This document shows positions 20,800 to 29,920 of a stretch of DNA of 64,000 bases, one piece after another (within the stretch, counting starts at the first letter, position 1; each line of letters starts with the position of its first letter). The notes beneath the pieces were generated by a model. The model was given only the letters and a program-made list of their open reading frames with translations, was not told where the DNA came from and ran no database searches. This DNA comes from Candidatus Sericytochromatia bacterium (lineage in GTDB: Bacteria > Cyanobacteriota > Sericytochromatia > S15B-MN24 > UBA4093): NCBI GenBank assembly GCA_036676985.1, contig JAKFBU010000019.1, positions 21,798 to 85,797 on the forward strand, given 5' to 3'. Both the position numbers and the translations under genes were made by a program.

Positions 20800-21471
20800 A
20801 TGCGGCTTCAGGCGGTTCTCTTCGACATGGACGGCGTGGTCATCGACACCATGCCGCTGCACCGTCAGATCTGGCTGGAGTTCGCCCGCATGCACGGGCT
20901 CGACCCCACGGCGGCCGAGGTCCGCGCCATGGACGGACGGCGGGCGGTCGACGTCGTGCGCCGGCTCTTCGGGGCGAGCCTCACGGAAGAGCGGGTTGCC
21001 GAGCTTGCCATCGAGCGCGAGGAGATCTTTCACCAGCGCCTGAAGACCGATTCGCTTGCGGCCGTGACCGGCGTCGAGGCCTTTCTCGCGGCGCTCGGGG
21101 CCGCCGGCATCCCCCGCGTGCTCGCGACGAGCGCCACCCGCGACAACGTCGAGCTCGTGCTGGGCCGGCTGGGGCTAGGATCGTCGTTCGAGGCCATCGT
21201 GTCCGCCGAGGATGTCCGCCACGGCAAGCCGCACCCCGAGGTCTACCTGACAGCCGCCGAACGCGCCGCAGCGCCACCCGAGCACTGCCTGGTGGTGGAA
21301 GACGCCCTGCCCGGCGTGGAGGCGGCCAAGGCCTCGGGAGCCTACTGCCTGGGTCTTGCGACCAGCCAAGCGGACGAGGTCCTCCTGGCGGCCGGCGCGG
21401 ACTGGGTGGCACCCCACTTCGCGGCGCTGCCGGAGCCCTTGCGGTCACTCATCAAGGGAGAGCATCAGTAG
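20800..21471 (+). CDS. HAD-family phosphatase (beta-PGM/CbbY-like)
   Basis: AVLFDMDGVVIDT, ATSA, GKPHPEVYL, VVEDALPGVEAA. Confidence 0.9.
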   Translation: MRLQAVLFDMDGVVIDTMPLHRQIWLEFARMHGLDPTAAEVRAMDGRRAVDVVRRLFGASLTEERVAELAIEREEIFHQRLKTDSLAAVTGVEAFLAALGAAGIPRVLATSATRDNVELVLGRLGLGSSFEAIVSAEDVRHGKPHPEVYLTAAERAAAPPEHCLVVEDALPGVEAAKASGAYCLGLATSQADEVLLAAGADWVAPHFAALPEPLRSLIKGEHQ

Positions 21472-21514
21472 GCCTCAAGGAGCTGTAAGAGCCTTCCGTG
21501 AGACCCACAATAAT

Positions 21515-21795
21515 CCGTTTGTCTTGAGCCTGGTCGAAAGGCAAACGGTTCCCTATAACTCGGCGGCGGCCACGACTGGTCACGACCTAAAGAGGCTGAC
21601 CTCGTGCCCTACTGCCTCTCACGGGAACGATTTGCCAATAAGGAACCGTTCGCCTTTCGACCGGGCTCAAGACGAACGGGATTTGTTGAGGGGGGCTGCC
21701 TGCATCCATGCGGCCCGAGTCCTCATGCACGAATGAAGCCATTCGCCTTTCGACCGGGCTCAAGCCTGTCCTGAGCTTGTCGAAGGGACGAACGG
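21515..21795. repeat. Cluster of REP-like palindromic elements (inverted pair plus a composite copy)
   Basis: 21515-21548 and 21646-21679 are inverted 34-mers with 3 mismatches. 21739-21795 is a third copy joined to CCTGTCCTGAGCTTGTCGAAGGGACGAACGG. Confidence 0.8.
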
Positions 21796-21843
21796 GTTTG
21801 AAGTGGGGTAAGGGTGAGGCGATTCCCGCTTTAGGGACGGGCT

Positions 21844-23814
21844 CTAGCCCACCTTCTTGGGGATGCGGCCCACCTGGTTGCGGCCGTTCTGCTTGGCCTC
21901 GTACAGCGCTTCGTCGGCCGTGTGGATCAGGCCCTCGACCGTACCCGCATGGTCCGGATAGGTCGAGACGCCGAGGCTCGACGTGATGACCTTGTGCGGC
22001 AGCTTCTCCTGGTCCGTGAAGGGATACTCCTCCACCCAGGCGCGGATCTTCTCGGCCACGAACAGCGCCGAGTCATGGCCCGTCTCGGGCAGGATGATGG
22101 CGAACTCCTCGCCGCCGTAGCGCGCGATGATGTCCACCTTGCGGACCTTCTCCTTCAGGAGGGCCGCCAACTGCTTCAGGACCGTGTCACCGCCCAGGTG
22201 ACCCAGGACGTCGTTCGCCTTCTTGAAGTAGTCGATGTCCATGATGATGAGGCTGACCGGGTGGCTGTAGCGCAGCGATCGCTGCAGCTCCGTGTCCAGC
22301 CGATCGTTGAAGTAGCGGCGGTTGAAGACCCCCGTCAGGCCGTCCGTGATGGCCTGCTGCTCCACCTTCTCGACCATCAGGGCGTTGGCGATCGTCAGGG
22401 CCGTGTGGCCCACGAGCGTCTCGACGAGCTCCAGCGCCGTGGGATCCAGCTCGCCCGGCAGCGACAGCACCACGAGGCCCATGGACTCCTGCTGGGTCGA
22501 CAGCGGCAGGAGCACCACGCGACTGGCACCCTGATACGGCGTCCCCGCGAGCTCCCTGGCATCGAGCACCAGGCTCTTGGCGTGCGGATGGGCGCTCAGG
22601 GCCTCGCGCCACGCGATGGGCGGCTCCTCGAGGCCGCGGCGATCGCCCGCGACGCACTGCCACCCCTCGCCCTTGCGCAAATAGACCGCGCGATGATCCG
22701 AGAGCACGAACTTGGGCAGCTGAGCGAGCAGCGTCTCGCACGTCGTGGCCGCGTTGAGGTGCTGCCCGATGGCGCTCATGGCCTCGTTGAGGTACTTGAG
22801 CTGCTCGACCATGCGGTCCGCGCGCTGCTTCTCCTCGACGGTCTGGCCGTAGAGCTTGCCCGTGATGAAGGCGCCGGTGGCCTGCTGGGCGAGGTCCACC
22901 AGGAGCTCCTGCTCGCTCTCCGAGAAGGCGTGCGGCTCCTTGGTGCCCACCAGGAAGATGCCCAGGATCTCGCGCTGGGTGACCAGCGGCGTGGCCATGG
23001 CCGAGGCGAGGGCGTGCTCGCGGATGGCCTCGGGACACCCGTCCGGGTTCGCGAGCAGGTCGAGCATGGTCGGCTTGCCCGTCTCCATCACCTGGCGCAG
23101 GAAGCCCGACTGCCCGAGCGTCATGACCTTGGCGGACTCCCGGTTGTTGGCCTCCTGCAGCATCTTGAGGAGGCTCATGCCCTTGGTCTTGAAGACCGCG
23201 AGATCCTCGATGACCTTGAGGGAGTCGCCGTTCAGGTGGTAGAGGCCCGCGTACTGCGCGCCCAGGGCCTGGGTGGCGATGGAGCAGATGGAGGCCGAGA
23301 GCTCCTTGAGGTCGTAGGAGTTGTTGATCTGGTAGGAGACCTGCTGGATGGCCCGGAGCTTGCGGCCCACCTGGCCGAGCAGCTGCTCCTGGTCACCCAC
23401 GGCGACCGAGAAGAGGCCGTTGGAGAGCGCGAGCGACACCACGCCGAGCAGCGGCTTGAGGGGCTGCACGTCCAGGCTCTCGGGCACGAGCAGCACGGCC
23501 TGCTGGGGGCCCCGCACGCCGAGCCCGATGGACAGGTAGCGGCGGCTGCCGCAGACCACGGGCGCCACCCCCCCCGCCGGGGCCAACAGGCGCACGCCGA
23601 GTTCGGCGGCCATGGCCTCGTCGTGCGGGTACACGCGCCAGGGCTGGGTGCTCTGGGGGCGGACGGCGAAGACGGTGGTGGGCAGTCCGAAGAAGGTCGC
23701 GAGGAAGGCCGAAAGTTCCTGGCAGAGCTCGGGCAGGCCCAGGCCGCGCATGGCGATCTCGCCTAGCGCTTCGAACCGTTCGGTTTCGGCTGGGATGTGA
23801 CGCTCGGACAGCAC
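21844..23814 (-). CDS. GAF-domain sensor diguanylate cyclase
   Basis: GAF segments (ATPLVTQREILGIFLVG..FSESEQELL); ITDGLTGVFNRRY, MDIDYFK, RKVDIIARYGGEEF, ADEALYEAK..GRN. Confidence 0.92.
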   Translation of the reverse strand: MLSERHIPAETERFEALGEIAMRGLGLPELCQELSAFLATFFGLPTTVFAVRPQSTQPWRVYPHDEAMAAELGVRLLAPAGGVAPVVCGSRRYLSIGLGVRGPQQAVLLVPESLDVQPLKPLLGVVSLALSNGLFSVAVGDQEQLLGQVGRKLRAIQQVSYQINNSYDLKELSASICSIATQALGAQYAGLYHLNGDSLKVIEDLAVFKTKGMSLLKMLQEANNRESAKVMTLGQSGFLRQVMETGKPTMLDLLANPDGCPEAIREHALASAMATPLVTQREILGIFLVGTKEPHAFSESEQELLVDLAQQATGAFITGKLYGQTVEEKQRADRMVEQLKYLNEAMSAIGQHLNAATTCETLLAQLPKFVLSDHRAVYLRKGEGWQCVAGDRRGLEEPPIAWREALSAHPHAKSLVLDARELAGTPYQGASRVVLLPLSTQQESMGLVVLSLPGELDPTALELVETLVGHTALTIANALMVEKVEQQAITDGLTGVFNRRYFNDRLDTELQRSLRYSHPVSLIIMDIDYFKKANDVLGHLGGDTVLKQLAALLKEKVRKVDIIARYGGEEFAIILPETGHDSALFVAEKIRAWVEEYPFTDQEKLPHKVITSSLGVSTYPDHAGTVEGLIHTADEALYEAKQNGRNQVGRIPKKVG

Positions 23815-23829
23815 CCCGGGGACCCTCCC

Positions 23830-24411
23830 TTACTTGTTGAAGGACTCCATGACCAGCTGGCTCACGGCCCTCAGGGTCTCACTGACGCCCTGTCCGTCGC
23901 TCGCGACCGCTGCGAAGCTCGGGACGTGATACTGATTGAGCTCCGCCTCCAGGGCCGCAACCGGCAAGGCGCCTGCCACATCCCGCTTATTGTACTGGAT
24001 GACCCAGGGAATCGTCTGCAACGACAGTTCATACTCCGAGAGGTTGGTCTTGAGGTCCAGGAGACTCTCGGTGTTGGCGAGCCAGCGCGTGGGGCTCGAG
24101 TCGGCGACGAACACGATGCCGTCCACCCCGCTCAGGATGGCCTTGCGCGAGTTGACGTACTGGACCTGGCCCGGGACGGTGTAGAGCGAGAACTTCACCT
24201 TGAAGCCCTCGATCTCGCCCAGATCGAGCGGCATCATGTCGAAGAAGATGGTTCGCTCGGTCTCCGTCGCCAACGTGAGCAGATCGCCCTTCATGTCCTC
24301 GGACATCGTGCGGTGCAAGGTCACGAGGTTCGTGGTCTTGCCGCACAGGCCGGGGCCGTAATAGACGATCTTGCAGAGGATTTCCCGCTTGCCGAAGTTG
24401 ATGGTGGGCAT
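23830..24411 (-). CDS. mglA: MglA-family small GTPase
   Basis: MPTINFGKREILCKIVYYGPGLCGKTTNL, TETERTIFFD, YTVPGQ, DGIVFVADS, NKRD. True start ATG 24411. Confidence 0.93.
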   Translation of the reverse strand: MPTINFGKREILCKIVYYGPGLCGKTTNLVTLHRTMSEDMKGDLLTLATETERTIFFDMMPLDLGEIEGFKVKFSLYTVPGQVQYVNSRKAILSGVDGIVFVADSSPTRWLANTESLLDLKTNLSEYELSLQTIPWVIQYNKRDVAGALPVAALEAELNQYHVPSFAAVASDGQGVSETLRAVSQLVMESFNK

Positions 24412-24419
24412 GGCTCGTG

Positions 24420-24902
24420 TTACAGACGTCCCAGGAAGAGGGAGATGGTGTCCTTGCTGAAGGAGAAGGGCTTGTTCTTGGTGGACTCGCGCGCGGCGAT
24501 GAGCAGGGGCGTCACCGTCCGCACCACCTCGTCCAGCGGCTCCTCGTAGCTGCTGGGCTGGGTGCCCGGCGGCAGCATGAGCGCCAGCACGTCCTTGCTC
24601 TCCAGCAAGACGAGCACCATGGTGTTGCGGTTCCCGTGGTGCTGCAGGGTGCGCACCTCGGGCTCGCCCATCAGGGACGTCAGCGCCGAGATGCTCTTGA
24701 AGATGCCAGCGATCAGGCTCGAGATCGACAGGTCGTTGATGGTCCCCTCGCCATAGGTCGACAGCAAGAGACCGCTGCGCTCGATGAGGAGCACGGCGGA
24801 GGCATCGAGCTTCTCCTTGAGTCGCTGGAGCAGGGTATCCAGCTCCTTCTGTTGCTCTTCCGTGATGACGAGCTGCGTCAGCACCGATTTCGAATCGTCC
24901 AC
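24420..24902 (-). CDS. mglB: Roadblock/LC7 protein (MglB-like GAP)
   Basis: AVLLIERSGLLL..SISSLIAG..LMGEPE; lies immediately upstream of mglA. Confidence 0.75.
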   Translation of the reverse strand: MDDSKSVLTQLVITEEQQKELDTLLQRLKEKLDASAVLLIERSGLLLSTYGEGTINDLSISSLIAGIFKSISALTSLMGEPEVRTLQHHGNRNTMVLVLLESKDVLALMLPPGTQPSSYEEPLDEVVRTVTPLLIAARESTKNKPFSFSKDTISLFLGRL

Positions 24903-25118
24903 GTCGCGTCCTCATGAAAGCGGGGCACCGTCCGCAGCCATCATACCCTACCCGACAAGCGAGCAAACCGGGCAAGACCGGGCGCTTCCGGCCCTGCGCG
25001 GCGCCGTGCCGACTCGATCCGGGCGAACCTCGCCGGATAGGCCTCCGATAGGGGAGGGCGCGGCTCTATCGACGCCGTCGCGGTGCTATAATGGAGGCCT
25101 GAGAGCAAGCGATCGCTG

Positions 25119-25964
25119 TTGCAGGAGGGCCAAGCCATTAGCGACTCACCGACCATCACGGTGTACACCGTCTCCGACGGCTCCGGCGAGACCGCCGAGC
25201 ACGTCGCCCGCGCGGCCGCCCTCCAGTTCAAGGGGCAGAACCTCAAGCTCAACCGTCTGCCCCGGGTCCGCAACGCCGAGCACCTCGCGGAGCTCGTGAG
25301 CGAGGCCGCCAAGGGCCCCTGCATCATCGCCTACACGATGGTCGAGGCCACCCTGCGCGACGCGCTCGTCTCCGAGGCCGCCAAGCGCGGCATCCCCACG
25401 GTGGACCTCCTGGGCAGCCTCATCGCCACCCTCTCCAACGCCCTGCAGGTCGAGCCGCGCTTCGAGGCGGGCCTCCTGCAGCTGCGCGACGAGAAGTACT
25501 TCAACCGCATGGACGCCATCGACTTCGCCATCAAGTACGACGACGGCAAGGATCCCAAGGGCCTGTCCCAGGCGGATCTCGTCTTGATCGGCGTCTCGCG
25601 CACGTCCAAGACCCCCACTTGCATGTACCTGGCGCAGAACCGGGGCCTCAAGGTCTCGAACGTGCCCCTGGTCATCAACGTCGCTCCCCCCAAGGAGCTC
25701 TTCGACCTTCCCCCGGGCCGCATCATCGGGCTGAACCTCAACGCCGAGGTCCTGCACGACATCCGCACGGCCCGCCTCCAGAGCTTGGGCCTCTCTTCCA
25801 ACGCCTCGTACGCCAGCACCGAGCGCATCGAGCAGGAGATCGAGTACGCCCACCAGATCTTCCGCCGCCTGCGCTGTCCGGTGGTGGACGTGACCAACAA
25901 GGCCATCGAGGAGACAGCCAGCGAAATCCTCGAGATCACCCAGCGCAAGGAAACCTACGTCTAA
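25119..25964 (+). CDS. Pyruvate, phosphate dikinase regulatory protein (kinase/pyrophosphorylase, DUF299); start uncertain (TTG 25119 or ATT 25137)
   Basis: VSDGSGETAE, YFNRMDAIDFAIKYDDG, GVSRTSKTP, KAIEETA; adjacent to ppdK. Confidence 0.92.
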   Translation: MQEGQAISDSPTITVYTVSDGSGETAEHVARAAALQFKGQNLKLNRLPRVRNAEHLAELVSEAAKGPCIIAYTMVEATLRDALVSEAAKRGIPTVDLLGSLIATLSNALQVEPRFEAGLLQLRDEKYFNRMDAIDFAIKYDDGKDPKGLSQADLVLIGVSRTSKTPTCMYLAQNRGLKVSNVPLVINVAPPKELFDLPPGRIIGLNLNAEVLHDIRTARLQSLGLSSNASYASTERIEQEIEYAHQIFRRLRCPVVDVTNKAIEETASEILEITQRKETYV

Positions 25965-26076
25965 AGGCCGTAGTATGCCCCGAAGACGGCAGGCGCCCTC
26001 CGCGCGACACTGTCAACGACGACTGACCCGGCGCTAGGATGCGCTCAAACGCTTTTTCTGAAGGAGATTGCGGTCA

Positions 26077-28761
26077 ATGACGACGAATACCCCGGCCGCC
26101 GCGACGGCCACCAAACCCGTCTACCTGTTCGACGAAGGCGACGCCTCCATGAAGGACCTCCTCGGAGGCAAGGGCGCCAACCTCGCCGAGATGACCCGGG
26201 CCGGCCTGCCGGTGCCGCCGGGCTTCACCATCACCACCGAGATCTGCAACGCGTACATCGCCCTCGACAACCAGTTCCCCGCGGGCCTGGAAGCCGCCGT
26301 CATGGACAAGCTGCGGGTCGTCGAAGCGCGCCTCGGCAAGACCTTCGGCGACGCCGAAAACCCCCTCTTGCTGTCCGTGCGCTCCGGCGCCAAGTTCTCC
26401 ATGCCCGGCATGATGGACACCATCCTCAACCTGGGCCTCAACGACGTGACGGTCCAGGGCGTCATCAAGCAGACGGGCAACGAGCGCTTCGCCTACGACG
26501 CCTACCGCCGGTTCGTGGCGATGTTCTCCAACGTCGTCCTCAACTTCAAGCTGCACCACTTCGAGGCCGTCCTCGAGCAGTTCAAGCACAAGAAGGGCGT
26601 CACGCTCGACACCGAGCTCGACACGGCCACCCTCAAGGAGGTCGTCGCGGCCTACAAGGCGATGGTCAAGAAGGAGCTCGGCCTCGAGTTCCCCGAGGAC
26701 CCCTTCGTCCAGCTCAAGCTCGCCATCGAGGCGGTCTTCAAGTCGTGGAACAACCCCCGCGCCATCACCTACCGCAACCACAACAAGATCGCCCACGACC
26801 TGGGCACGGCGGTCAACGTCCAGTCGATGGTCTTCGGCAACATGGGCGACGACTCGGGCACGGGCGTGGCCTTCACGCGCAACCCGTCCACCGGTGAGAA
26901 GCTCCTCTACGGCGAGTACCTCCTCAACGCCCAGGGGGAGGACGTGGTGGCGGGCATCCGCACCCCGAACCCCATCCAGACCCTGGCCGAGCAGATGCCC
27001 GAGGTCTACGCGCAGTTCGTCGCGATCGCCCAGCGCCTCGAGAACCACTACCGCGACATGCAGGACCTGGAGTTCACCATCGAGCGCGGCAAGCTCTTCA
27101 TGCTCCAGACCCGCAACGGCAAGCGCACGAGCCCCGCGGCCGTCAAGATCGCCGTCGACCTCGCCACCGAGGGCGTCATCACCAAGGAAGAGGCCCTGAC
27201 CCGCGTCGAGGCCCACAAGCTCAACGAGCTCTTGCACCGCCGGATCGACCCCAAGGCTACGCTCGACGTGATCGCCAAGGGCCTGCCCGCGAGCCCCGGG
27301 GCCGCCACCGGCACCATCGTCTTCGACGCCGACGACGCCGATCGCCTCGGCAAGGAGGGCAAGTCGGTCCTCCTGGTCCGCGTGGAGACCTGCCCGGACG
27401 ACATCCACGGCATGATCCAGGCCCAGGGCGTCCTCACCTCGCGCGGCGGCATGACGAGCCACGCGGCGGTCGTCGCCCGCGGCATGGGCAAGCCCTGCGT
27501 CGCCGGCTGCGAGAGCCTCAAGATCGACCTGGAGGCCAAGTACTTCGAGGTCGGCGGCCGCAAGTTCGTCGAGGGCGATCTGGTCTCGATCAACGGCTCG
27601 ACCGGTGAAGTGATCGCCGGCCAGGTGCCCATGATCGAGCCCGAGCTGACCGGAGAGTTCGACCAGCTGATGACGTGGGCCGACGAGGTCCGCACGCTGC
27701 GCGTCCGCACCAACGCCGACACCCCCGAGGACTCCCTCAAGGCCCGCGAGTTCGGCGCCGAGGGCATCGGCCTCACGCGCACCGAGCACATGTTCATGCA
27801 GCCCGATCGCCTGCCGAAGATGCAGCGGATGATCATGGCCGAGACCGAGGCCGAGCGCCGCGCCGCCCTCAAGGAGCTCCTGCCCTTCCAGCGCGAGGAC
27901 TTCCTCGGCATCTTCAAGGCCATGGCCGGCCTGCCCGTGACCATCCGCCTGCTCGATCCCCCTCTGCACGAGTTCCTGCCCAACCAGCTGGAGCTCGCGG
28001 CCGAGGTGGCCGTGCTCAAGGCGACCAACCCCTCTTCTCCCGAGCTCACCAAGAAGGAGGCCCTCCTCAAGAAGGTCAACAGCCTGCACGAGTCGAACCC
28101 GATGATGGGCCTGCGGGGCTGCCGCCTCGGCCTGACCTATCCCGAGATCAACGAGATGCAGGTCCAGGCCATCATGGAGGCCGCCTGCGAGCTCAAGAAG
28201 CAGGGCGTCGAGGTCTACCCCGAGATCATGATCCCGCTCGTCGGCCACGTGAACGAGCTCTCGACCGCCAAGGCCCAGCTCGAGCAGGTCGCCAAGGAGA
28301 CCATGGAGCGCGCGGGCGTCACCGTGAGCTACATGTTCGGCACCATGATCGAGATCCCCCGGGCGGCGCTCACCGCCGACCAGATCGCCGAGCACGCCCA
28401 GTTCTTCTCGTTCGGGACCAACGACCTGACGCAGATGACCTTCGGCTACTCGCGCGACGACGCGGAGGGCAAGTTCCTCAGCACCTACCTCGACCGGAAG
28501 ATCCTCAAGGACAACCCGTTCGAGACGCTGGACCAGGAAGGTGTCGGCGAGCTGATGCGGATCGCCGTCGCCAAGGGCCGCAAGGTCCGCAGCGACCTCA
28601 AGCTCGGCATCTGCGGCGAGCACGGCGGCGACCCCGCCTCGGTGGAGTTCGCCCACCGGCTCGGCCTCACCTACGTGAGCTGCTCGCCCTACCGGGTGCC
28701 CATCGCCCGCCTGGCGGCCGCCCAGGCCGTCATCGCCTCGGGCGTCGAGCGCGACAAGTAA
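26077..28761 (+). CDS. ppdK: Pyruvate, phosphate dikinase
   Basis: LLGGKGANLAEM, VRSGAKFSMPGMMDT, RGGMTSHAAVVAR, GTNDLTQ, GICGEHGG. Confidence 0.98.
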   Translation: MTTNTPAAATATKPVYLFDEGDASMKDLLGGKGANLAEMTRAGLPVPPGFTITTEICNAYIALDNQFPAGLEAAVMDKLRVVEARLGKTFGDAENPLLLSVRSGAKFSMPGMMDTILNLGLNDVTVQGVIKQTGNERFAYDAYRRFVAMFSNVVLNFKLHHFEAVLEQFKHKKGVTLDTELDTATLKEVVAAYKAMVKKELGLEFPEDPFVQLKLAIEAVFKSWNNPRAITYRNHNKIAHDLGTAVNVQSMVFGNMGDDSGTGVAFTRNPSTGEKLLYGEYLLNAQGEDVVAGIRTPNPIQTLAEQMPEVYAQFVAIAQRLENHYRDMQDLEFTIERGKLFMLQTRNGKRTSPAAVKIAVDLATEGVITKEEALTRVEAHKLNELLHRRIDPKATLDVIAKGLPASPGAATGTIVFDADDADRLGKEGKSVLLVRVETCPDDIHGMIQAQGVLTSRGGMTSHAAVVARGMGKPCVAGCESLKIDLEAKYFEVGGRKFVEGDLVSINGSTGEVIAGQVPMIEPELTGEFDQLMTWADEVRTLRVRTNADTPEDSLKAREFGAEGIGLTRTEHMFMQPDRLPKMQRMIMAETEAERRAALKELLPFQREDFLGIFKAMAGLPVTIRLLDPPLHEFLPNQLELAAEVAVLKATNPSSPELTKKEALLKKVNSLHESNPMMGLRGCRLGLTYPEINEMQVQAIMEAACELKKQGVEVYPEIMIPLVGHVNELSTAKAQLEQVAKETMERAGVTVSYMFGTMIEIPRAALTADQIAEHAQFFSFGTNDLTQMTFGYSRDDAEGKFLSTYLDRKILKDNPFETLDQEGVGELMRIAVAKGRKVRSDLKLGICGEHGGDPASVEFAHRLGLTYVSCSPYRVPIARLAAAQAVIASGVERDK

Positions 28762-28769
28762 GGACCAAC

Positions 28770-28804
28770 GAACAGGCCCCCCGGGAATCCCGGGGGGCCT
28801 GTTC
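28770..28804. terminator. Terminator hairpin between ppdK and the TPR gene
   Basis: GAACAGGCCCCCCGGGA/TCCCGGGGGGCCTGTTC. Confidence 0.65.
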
Positions 28805-28816
28805 AATAGGGGCGGG

Positions 28817-29794
28817 TTACTGTCCGCTCCGCTCCTGCGCGGCGGCCTTGGCCTTGGCGTCGTCCGACGCGAACTTGGCCTTGGCGAACTGGGGATCCAG
28901 CTTCAGCGCCTCCTGGAAGGACTCGTAGGCCGCGCCGTACTTCTGCTCCTTCATGAAGTCGATGCCGTGCTGGTAGGCCTGCTCGGCCCCCTTGCGCTTG
29001 GCCTCGCCGAGGAGCTTCTTGGCGTCGGCGCTCGTGGGCTGGGCGGCGAGCGCCTCGGTGAGGGCCTCGATGGCGCCCTCGTAGTTGCCCTCCTCGAACA
29101 GGTCCTTGCCGAGCTTGAAGGTCAGCTCGTAGCTCTTGAGCTCCGAGCGGTTGGTGTTGAACATGGCCTGCTGCTGGGCCTGCTGCTGCGCGCGCTCGCC
29201 CTTGTCGATCTCGGCGAGCTTCACCGGAGGCAGCGGGTTGTTGAGGTTCAGGCGCCAGCACTCCTTGAAGGCCGCGCGCGCCTTGGCCCACTCGCCCTGG
29301 GACATGTAGACCGTACCCCACATGGCCTGGACCACGTCCTCCAGCTCCGCGGGCACCGTCCCCTCGGGGATGGTCTGCAGCTCCGCGAGGGCCATCATCG
29401 GGGTGCCGGCCTCGAGCAGGGCCACGATGAGGAGCAGACGGGCCGAGACGTCCGTGGGATCGTCCTTGACCATGTCGCGGTAGGTGGGCACCTGGTCGGC
29501 GCCCTGCAGGCTCTGGAGCACCCGGCGGCGCTTCTCGGAGAGGCGGCGATAGTTGGTCAGCGCCTCGTCGACCTTCGAGACCTGATACCAGTTCTCGTAG
29601 CACTTGGACAGGTAGTAGTAGGGACGTGGATCGTTCGGAAACTTCTTGACGTAGTCCTCGAGCACGTCCCGGCCGCGGCCGTAGTCCTGACGCTCGACGG
29701 CGGCGATGCCGTCCTTGAGCTGGCCGGCGAAGGCCGCCTGGGCCAGCAACAGGCTAGCCGCCAGACCCAATGCAACGCTTCGAAGCATTCTCAC
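28817..29794 (-). CDS. Secreted tetratricopeptide-repeat protein
   Basis: Signal peptide (AFA-G); repeats such as GNYEGAIEALTEALAAQP and YGAAYESFQEALKLDP. GTG start after AAGGAG. Confidence 0.8.
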   Translation of the reverse strand: MRMLRSVALGLAASLLLAQAAFAGQLKDGIAAVERQDYGRGRDVLEDYVKKFPNDPRPYYYLSKCYENWYQVSKVDEALTNYRRLSEKRRRVLQSLQGADQVPTYRDMVKDDPTDVSARLLLIVALLEAGTPMMALAELQTIPEGTVPAELEDVVQAMWGTVYMSQGEWAKARAAFKECWRLNLNNPLPPVKLAEIDKGERAQQQAQQQAMFNTNRSELKSYELTFKLGKDLFEEGNYEGAIEALTEALAAQPTSADAKKLLGEAKRKGAEQAYQHGIDFMKEQKYGAAYESFQEALKLDPQFAKAKFASDDAKAKAAAQERSGQ

Positions 29795-29920
29795 GATCCG
29801 CACTCCTTTGGTCGAGGGCAAGGGCTCGCCTCTATCCTACCCGCCTGCTAAGACGGACAAACCCGTTCGCAGGTTCCCCGGGCGGGGAGCTTGCGAACGG
29901 GTCGAAGGAGGTGACGGGCG

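Noticed and set aside
21515-21795. CRISPR array
   Set aside because: The copies are inverted or nested with irregular spacing, and no cas genes are present.
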